64,000 bases of DNA, from assembly GCF_009914755.1 (NCBI RefSeq), contig NC_060932.1; one strand, given 5' to 3'. The notes beneath the pieces were generated by a model. The model worked only from the letters and a program-made list of their open reading frames with translations. It was not told the origin of the DNA and did not search any database. The DNA is from the human T2T-CHM13v2.0 reference genome, Homo sapiens. Both the position numbers and the translations under genes were made by a program. This document shows, piece after piece, positions 48,884 through 64,000 of this stretch (position 1 is the stretch's first letter; the number at the start of each line of letters is the position of its first letter).

Positions 48884-50039
48884 TTACCCAGAACAATTAC
48901 ATTATATGGCCATGCTGTGTCGACCTGACAGAATGTTCCATGTGGGAAATGTTCTAGTGGGACATTTGTTTACATGTTTCTGATTTCCAATACTCACAAT
49001 AATATCACTTTCTGTCTGAGGTGAAATTTCCTGTCTAGTTTTCAAGTTTTGCCTTGCTATATTTTGTACTACTAAATTTTTATTGAGAAAAACGTTGTGT
49101 TTGTTCCTTATCCTCCCTTGGCATTAAAATACTGAATGGAAATGGGGAATACAATTATATTTTAGCAGTGGAAGGGATGACTCTAGAAAATATTTCCTAA
49201 CTAGGGTGACAAATAGTAACTGGTGTAGCAGAAATTGCTTCTGTGTATTAAAGACTTATTCATATTAGAAACATCACTTTTCAAGTGTCTATGGATACTC
49301 TTTTCCACCAAACTGTGCCAGATAGTCTCGTACTTTTAAACATACATATGCATAACATTTGCTCAGATGCAAGTTTGATAAGAATCACTTAGCAAGCAGT
49401 CTGTAAAAGCAATTTAGAAAGAACCAATATGTTACTGTTTGGGCGCATAACTCTGTTGGTCTGGTTTAATTTTAGAGTGTATTTTAGTATAATGGATATG
49501 TCACATATTCCTGAGTACAACCTCCATTAAAAATGCCTTGTATTTAGTTGATAATGGGGAGTAACATATTAAGACTGACTTCCTAGGTCAAAACTTGGAA
49601 TACAGCTACACTCTGCTGCTTATTAAAAGTTACATCATATACCTTAATCAGTATTAAAAATTAGAATTCCTTTTAACATGAGGTAGCTGAGAAGCATAAC
49701 AAGAACATGTCACCAGAAGCCTTCCATCAACCTCGGTATGGATTTGAGTCCATGAATCCTGGAGAGCAGGACCAGAGTGATGACACATTTCATCAGAAGC
49801 ACTGACACACAGATGCAGTCACACACATTCACTTCCAACATCCTGGCTAGAATCTTTAGCCTAGAAAATTTCATCCGATTGAATGAAATGCCTACTTAAA
49901 AAAATAACTTTGAAAAACACTACTTCAAGATATGCTATACGAAACCATCTTAATGATTAAATGACCTACTTTTTAGACAAATTACTTAGAATGCATTGTA
50001 TGTTCGGGCCACAGATGGAAGGCAGATGGAGAAATCAAT

Positions 50040-51030
50040 CAGGAAGGAAACATAAAAATGGAGACAATAGTTCCAGATAGTGTTGATTTTGATAGGACAG
50101 AATAACCTAAGGGTGAAATGATAGTGGTGAGTATGAGGTCCAGCATACCTAGGTGAGGTCATCAAGGATGGGCTCCTCTGAGCAGGAGATATTACAATGA
50201 GGAGGAGCCAGCTGCATACAGATTTTCAGGAAGAATTTCCATGGGTTATACAGGGACCTAGTCCTTTAAGGTGCTGTAAGTGAAGGGTGAGAATTTTATA
50301 TGTTTCATGCCTTTAGCACTGTAGGGTGAATTGGAGGGCTCAAAAATAGGACTGGGGATCATTTAGGAAGCTTCTTCAGGAATGGGGATGGAGTGAATCA
50401 TATGCTTCCATTTGCACTGCAGGGACCAGCAGGTAAGAATGAGTGGCAGGCGACTGAGTGGGCAGGAGGAGCGGCTGTAGATTGGGAGTTGAGCAGTGGG
50501 TGGATAAACGTTCTACTCACATATATAGGTACACAGAGCATTTTTTATATAAAGGAAAGGGATCAATAGTTGTAAAAGAAAGGGATCAATAGTTGTATTT
50601 TTATTCTGGGTTTGAGACACTTATGAAAACTTCTAGTAGCATTGTCAGGTCAGCAGTCTTGGTAATCTTGAATAAAGATCAGGAAAGAGAGCAGGACTTG
50701 AGCTGCCTGCAGTGCTCTGGGCTTTGGGGGTCAGGATGACAGAAAACAATGACAAAAGGAGATGAGAAGGAACACCAAATGAGGTAGGAACACCAGTCAC
50801 ATGTGGTGCCCTCCACGCCGAGAGGACTCAGTGCTTCAGGAATGATGGCAATGCCAACCATAGGGAGGATGCCAGGAGTGACAGTGGCAGAGCCCTGGCC
50901 ACCTGGAGGACAGCAGTGTTAGGAGAAAAGGGGGAGCCTCATTGGAATGGATTGAGGGATTGAGGAGACTCTTCATCGAGTGCTAGTGGAGACAATGACT
51001 ATAGACACATTTTAAAATAAGTCTTGAAAC
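50040..51030 (-). mobile_element. Degraded L2
   Basis: Antisense L2 motifs (GGTCATCAAGGATGGGCTCCTCTGAGCAGGAGATATT; TGGAATGGATTGAGG). Confidence 0.55.
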
Positions 51031-51687
51031 AGATAAATATGAAAAATCTATATACAAATATATACAGCTAGATGGAATTATAGACTCAGTTTTATTTGCT
51101 TGCTTCTTTGCAGAGGAAATAGCTCTGTATTTTTGATATTTTAATATTTACTTTTAGACTAATTCATACATAACTATTTATTATTCAAAAAAAATTGATG
51201 TGAAACTAATGAAGTAACTCCTGGTTGCAGATCATAGTCAAAGAAGAAGCCTACTAATGTGAATTTTGGGCCCTTTTGTAGACTTACTCAAGATGAAACT
51301 CTAGGGATGAAGCCTGACTGCATTTACTGTCTTACAGAAAAAGTCATGGCAGTTGGGGCGGTGTTGAGAAACTCATGCTGACATACTCTGCTTCAGGGAT
51401 TAATAACACAAACTGAAATATTTTTCTCACCCGACAAAGTTTAGGGAAAGCAGAACTGATTGTTCCAAAATAACAAATTTCCTTATTGTCAAAAGCACTT
51501 TTTATTTTTATGTTCATCTATTTTAGAAAGTAGCAGTTTACATATTTAAATAATTTAAAATTAGATATATATTTTTGAATAATTAGATATCTATGAATAA
51601 TAAAATTCAAATACATTTAAAGGGGAAATAATATAGCATATTCAAATTCTAATAAAAATATATAGATGACTTGAACTATCTTTGTAT

Positions 51688-51730
51688 CATGTACCCTAGA
51701 ACTTAAAGTATAATAATAATAAAAAAAAAA
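51688..51730 (+). mobile_element. Extremely 5'-truncated L1PA 3' terminus
   Basis: CATGTACCCTAGAACTTAAAGTATAAT identical to the L1 end at ~26884, followed by an A tail. Confidence 0.85.
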
Positions 51731-51951
51731 GAATGTTAGGTGGAAACTTGTAGAAATATAGCTAAATATAGATAAATGATTTTGTTAAACTTATTAAGGC
51801 ACTTTGGAAAGAAAATTAGAAAAATAAAATGCCTATACTTAATGTTATTTTGTATGAGGATAAGGAAATATTTCAACTAAAGAGTATCCAATTTGTGTGT
51901 GTGTGTGTGTTTTGTGTGTGTTTGTATGTGTGTGAACATGCTTTCAAGTTA

Positions 51952-52312
<361 letters not shown>

Positions 52313-54143
52313 AAGTGGGAATTCTAGGTTGAAAGGTAAGGCAGGCTTACTTATCTAAAAAACTGCCAAACTGTCATCCAGAGTGGCTATGTCGTATTGC
52401 AACCAATTGTCAATGTGTGAGGATTCCTGTGCCTGCCGATCCTCACCAGCCATTGATATTGTAAGAGTTTTGTTTAATTTTAGATATTCTAAAAATTATG
52501 TAGTGGCCTTTCAATGTAGTTTAAATTTAGATTTATTTATATTATTATTTGCCATTAATATGTCTTCTATGGTTAAGTGTCTGTTAAAAGTCTTGTGATG
52601 ATTTTTTGTTCTTTTTTTTTCTTGTTGAGTTTTAAGATTTTTTTATACATTCTGGATATAAATTCTTTATCACATATATGATTTGCAAATATTTTCTCTC
52701 ACTATATGGCTGTCTTCTTATTCTCTTAACAATGTGTTTCACAGAGCAAAAGTTTACATTTTAATTAAGTCCAATTTTTAATTTTTTTTTTACCATATAT
52801 CCTGTTGATGTTGTATTTAAAACCAAAGGCAGGAGTGTTTGAATGTGACAAGGATACAGGGAACTTTGAAAGTGATAAAATTCTTCTGCATGATACTTGG
52901 GTGGTAGATACATGACTCTACGCATTTGTCAAGAGTCATCTAGTAAATTTGAAAACAGGTCATTTAAGAAAAATCAACCAGGACATCAGGGAATGTCAGA
53001 ATGGAACGCAGACTGTGAAAAATGAATCAAACTATATTATAAATGTATAACAAACTTCACTGAAGGTGGTAAGGGAAAAATTGGAGCTGACTTGAGAAAC
53101 ATCAGAAAAATAACTGTTTTGACTGGTAACTGTAAAGTAAGCTAAAGACAAAAGAATTATAGAATTAAAGAATTAATCACTGTACCTTATTTGGAAAACT
53201 TGTTTTTTACAGAAATGGAGGTTAGAAATTTTGAAACCACTTTACAAATACACTAGGGTTTGACAAATAAGTAATAAAATATAAGTAATGGGTTACTCTA
53301 AAGAGTGACTTTGGAGTAGATAAACCTTGCAGATGCCACCTTGACCAAATTGATTCAGCATTTTTTCTGTCAGAGGAATAAGCCAGGAGGGATGGTGGGG
53401 ATTGACTTTGAAGCTCATAGTTCTGGATTACATCTGGAGGTATTATGAATTTATTTAATTCAATAACAGATACAGACAGATACATAAATTATATGAGATG
53501 CAGGTTAGGATACATGCATGTATTGCCTAGCTGTGCACATGCATGGGATCTAGAAGCACTGTAATTCCAGTAACCATAAACACACTGCATGTGCCATGCC
53601 TCAGTTTCTAAATATTACTCTCTAATGAAATGAACCAGGATTTCCTGGAAAAATGGCTGATTCTCTACTTGAGACAGGGAAAATAGAGGATAAGCATAAT
53701 GCATATTATAATGCTAGAAAGTAGAATACTGGCAAAAATAGAAGTTAAATAAAGATCAGGTTATATCAGAAGGACATGGGACCCAATCTGAAAGAACTCA
53801 CAACAGCCAAAGTTTGTACAATTTGAGCAAAAATATGCGTAACATAGCGTGTGTGTGTATACATAGATATATATCCTATATAAGGTATATGTATATATCT
53901 ATAGACACTATATTAAATATAAAATAAACATACATGAATATGAATTCATACTGGTATAAAAATGATTATGAATATAAATATATGGCACAGGGGGATCTTC
54001 CTTGCAGAGGAATTCAGAATAATATATGTTGATATACCTCCTTTCAAGAAGTGGAGCTTAATATCACTACTTTTGAGTGTAGGTTGGACTTAGAGACTCA
54101 CTTTCAAAGAATAAAGTACATAAAGTGAGAAATAGTAACTTTA

Positions 54144-60257
<6,114 letters not shown>

Positions 60258-60899
60258 TAGTAACTTTAGAATAGAGAAACCCAGCAGACGCCACTGTAAC
60301 CAAGAGGGCAAGGTATATGTTACCAGAAATAAGTCCTGTCATTCCTCAAATAATGAAATAAGAAAGATGCTCATCTCTGTGATATTCTTCACAAAAATCT
60401 TTAAACCTAGTCTAACCATGGGGAAGCATTGAACTAACCAAAATTGCAACCATCTATAAATCACCTGGCCTATACTGATCACAACTATCAAGGTCATAGA
60501 AAACAAAACACCTGAACAAAATGCCATCGATTGGAAGTGACCAAGAAAACATGATGACTAAATGAAATGTGGCGTGTTGGATGAAATCTTGCAGTGAAAG
60601 AAGACATTAGTGGAAAAAAGGTAAAGTCTGAATATAAAGCCTATAGTTCAGTTCATGGCAATGTGGCAATGTTAACCTGTTAATGGTTATGTAATTTGTT
60701 ACACTTAGAATAAAATGGGTGTAGGTTATAGAGTAATTCTGTGTACTATACTTACAACTTTTTTCTATGAAATTATTTCAAAGTAAAAATTCAATTGAAA
60801 TAATTTTAAAATAGCTTGTGAAAGAATTAGATTTTTCTTTTACTTGAGATCAATTAATAGAGACCAAATTTGCCACCATGCTTGAAACAAAGTTGTAGT

Positions 60900-63170
60900 G
60901 CTGCTGCATTTGAAAGCTCAAAATAAAACTACCTTGATTACAGGCAGTATGGTCCTGTTGTAAAAATACACAGAGAGATCATAAGAAAAGGATAGAGAGT
61001 ACAAAATTAGACCCAGGTTCACATGATCAGTTGGTTTTCATCTAAGTTGCAAAGGCAATTCATTAAGAAAAGGATTATCTAAAAACAACTGGTAGTAGAA
61101 CAATTTGATATCCACAGTAAACAAAAATAATCTCAATCAACAATTCAAAAATTAGCTAAAAGTGTATTAGAGAACTAATGTAAAAGTTAAAACCACAACA
61201 GTTATAGAAAAAAAAATGGAAGAAAATATTTGTGACCTTTGGCTAGGCAAAAAATTTTAAGTTATGACACTACAGAATTAAATAAGAGATAAAATATTCT
61301 ATAATGTTTAGAAATTCCCAAATATTTGTAAATTAAGCTATGCACAGGAAACCACAAAATAAATGAGAAATTATAGATAATTTAAAGATAATAAACATTT
61401 GTAAGATGAAGCTTAGAGGGAAATGTATAGCCTTAATTTTTTATATTAGAAAGAATAAAAGGTTTATGATAAAAACATCACCTTTCACTCTATAGGGCCA
61501 TCTGAAGAAAGATTTAATGTAATTCAAGGTAAGTTGAAGAAAACAAATAATAAAGGTAACAGAAAACAAACATAAGATAGAAATAATAAAGACAAAAGTT
61601 GTTTGAAATGATGAATAAAACAAATACATCTCTAGTTAGAATTGTAAAAGAAAATAAACAGAAAAATCACAATTTGTCAGAGCAACACCATGAATACTAC
61701 ATATATAGAAGTGTAAAAAGGAAAAAAAATAAACACTATTCAGTAAAGAAAAAAAGGGCAAATGAAATGAAATGAAAACTTTTATTGAAAAATAGAATCT
61801 GCTAAGACTAATACAAAAAGAGGAAATCTGAATAGCCTTATTTTGTTTAAATAAATGAAATTGAGACTTAAGACTTCATCCTTTGCCCCTATACACAAAA
61901 CACCCCCAGGTACAGTTGGCTTCATTAGTCAACTCTACTAAAACTCAGGAAACAATTATACAAAACTTACACAAACTCTTTCAAAAAATACAAGGAGAGG
62001 AAACATTCCCAATTTGTTGTACGAAATCAGTATGGCCCTGAATCCAGTATTGTCAAGTGCTATAGCAGAATGAAAATGTATTAAAATTACGGATCTATAA
62101 CGCTTATGATCACGGATGCTAAAATCTTTTATGAAATATTGTCAGATCTCATTGAGCAATACATAAAAGGATAACACATGTTGGCCACATAGATTTAGTC
62201 TAGAAATCTAAGATTACTTCAAAATACAAAAATCAATATATGCACTGATCAATATATGGCTGATATATATAATGTGAATCTGTATGTATATATAGTTATA
62301 TATGTATTACTGTATACAGTTTAATATATAACCTAAAATATAGGTTGGGATATGTGCATGTATTTCCTAGTTGTGCCCATGGACAAAATGTATCAAGAAT
62401 AATAAAAATCATTGCTAAAAAGACAAATCAGCCCATTAAAAATGGGCAAGTGTTCTGATCAAGGACCCAGGCATGCCACTAAAGAAGATGTACAAATTGT
62501 GAATAAGTACATGAAAAGGCGCTGACATCATTATTAATCAAGTAAGTGGAAATTAAACCATCTTGGGCTACCACGTCACACCCACTAGAATAACTAAAAG
62601 GAGAAAGACTGGCAATACCAAGTGTTGTTAAGGATGTTGAGCAACTGAACTCACAAGCACTGTGTGAAATGTAAAATGGTACAGTGCTTCCATTTCCAAG
62701 AGGAATAAAATCAAGTGTTCATAGCAGTTTTTCATATCTAAATTGAAACTGCACAAAATTCTCATGATCAAATGAATAGATAAGCAAATGGTTTTATATT
62801 TATGCAATGATTGCTACTCAGCAATACAAAGAATGGAATACTGATAGATGCAAAAACAGAGCTGAATCTCAAACAAGGAAGACTAGACAAAAATAGATAT
62901 CAATATCTATAGATGTATGGACACTTCCATATGTCTGAATATAGATATTTAGATGCATAGCTGTGGTAGTATTTCATTTGTTTGCTTTCTAGGTAAATTA
63001 ATCTATGATGATGAAAATCAGAAGAGTGACTGTGCCTGAGTGCTATAGAAATGTTCTGTATCTTGATCAGAGGAGTAGTTACAAAGCTATATAGGTTTGC
63101 TAAAACTCATCAAACTGTGTCTTTCATATATGAGTATTTTATTTTGTTTAAATTGTCCCCCCAATAAACA
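60900..63170 (+). mobile_element. Mosaic of old L1M (L1MD/L1ME-like) ORF2 and 3' fragments
   Basis: A-rich L1M motifs (CCCATTAAAAATGGGCAA; GACTGGCAATACCAAGTGTTG; GAAATGTTCTGTATCTTGATC). Confidence 0.65.
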
Positions 63171-64000
63171 CTTATATTTAATGATTACTTGATAATTCTT
63201 TAAGGTAAATCTGATTATAAAAATACATATTAGTATACACAAAATACATATTATTCAACACACAATTAAAAACTTATTCTTCGCATAATTATTATTGTCT
63301 TATCAAAAAAGGAAGGTTAAATAGAGCAGCAAAAGCCTTTAAGAAAATTTTAAATTATGGAATTTCCCCGAGCTTGCAGGTAAGGTATTATTGGATGACA
63401 AAATAAAATGTGATATTTAGGACTTTTCATTATAAATCATTAAAACGGAGGTAAAATTCAAGAATTCAGCCAAGGAAACAAAACAATGTGCAGCTTCTTG
63501 AGATTGCTACTGGTGCTTTGTTTACAGCACTGAGACCTTTCCTGTCTTGCACATTCATAGAAATGAAAATAAAGAAATCCATAGAATCGAGAATGTTATA
63601 AAAGTAGTTACCAAACCTAGATGGAAGTTAACTTTTTCAAAAATTTCTAAAGAAATGTTCATTGACAGATAAAAGCAATAAGTGGTTGTTAGTTTTGGAT
63701 AAGTTAAATGTATATTTTCTTTTCCCAGGGCATTCCTGGCTTATGTCAACTGTCCTGGCAAATTGTAAATACCTCTTCCTATCACTCTCCCAAGTGACAT
63801 TGTTTGGGTGGCAAATTCCATGATCATCTTAGTTTGGGAGACCTGGTCCATTTAGACATCAAGATAGGCACTTTTGGTTCATTTCTTCTACTAAGCAGTA
63901 AAGGGTTCTCTTCCCATTATCAGGTTCAGATTATGGTAGATCCATGATATCCAAAGCTTTCTTGATATTTTAATGTCACATGGCTGGAATTTTAGAAAAT

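Overview
AT-rich, repeat-dominated primate genomic DNA. L1PA2-type 3' diagnostics and an AluYe-like element point to human or another great ape. I recognise no conserved protein-coding gene, RNA gene or CRISPR array; nearly all long ORFs are L1- or Alu-derived. The window holds a near-full-length L1PA5-like element (54.1-60.3 kb, minus), a 3.3-kb L1PA3-like element and a THE1 LTR nested in an older L1, at least three 5'-inverted (twin-primed) L1s, nine Alu-family elements, several MaLR/ERV LTRs and MER DNA transposons. Best lead: a candidate spliced, TE-derived (de novo-type) minus-strand gene with phase-compatible exons at 43686-43427, 42573-42505 and 32752-~32165 (or 40866-), a CRE/CpG patch upstream, and a hairpin plus AATAAA in the 3' UTR. 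Other leads: an extended L1 ORF0 with an in-frame inverted templated insertion in an L1 lacking its YY1 site, a monomeric left/right-arm fusion Alu, two L1s sharing non-consensus variants, and a 48-bp dispersed local copy. Repeat subfamily names come from my recollection of consensus sequences and need RepeatMasker/Dfam confirmation; boundaries of old elements are approximate.
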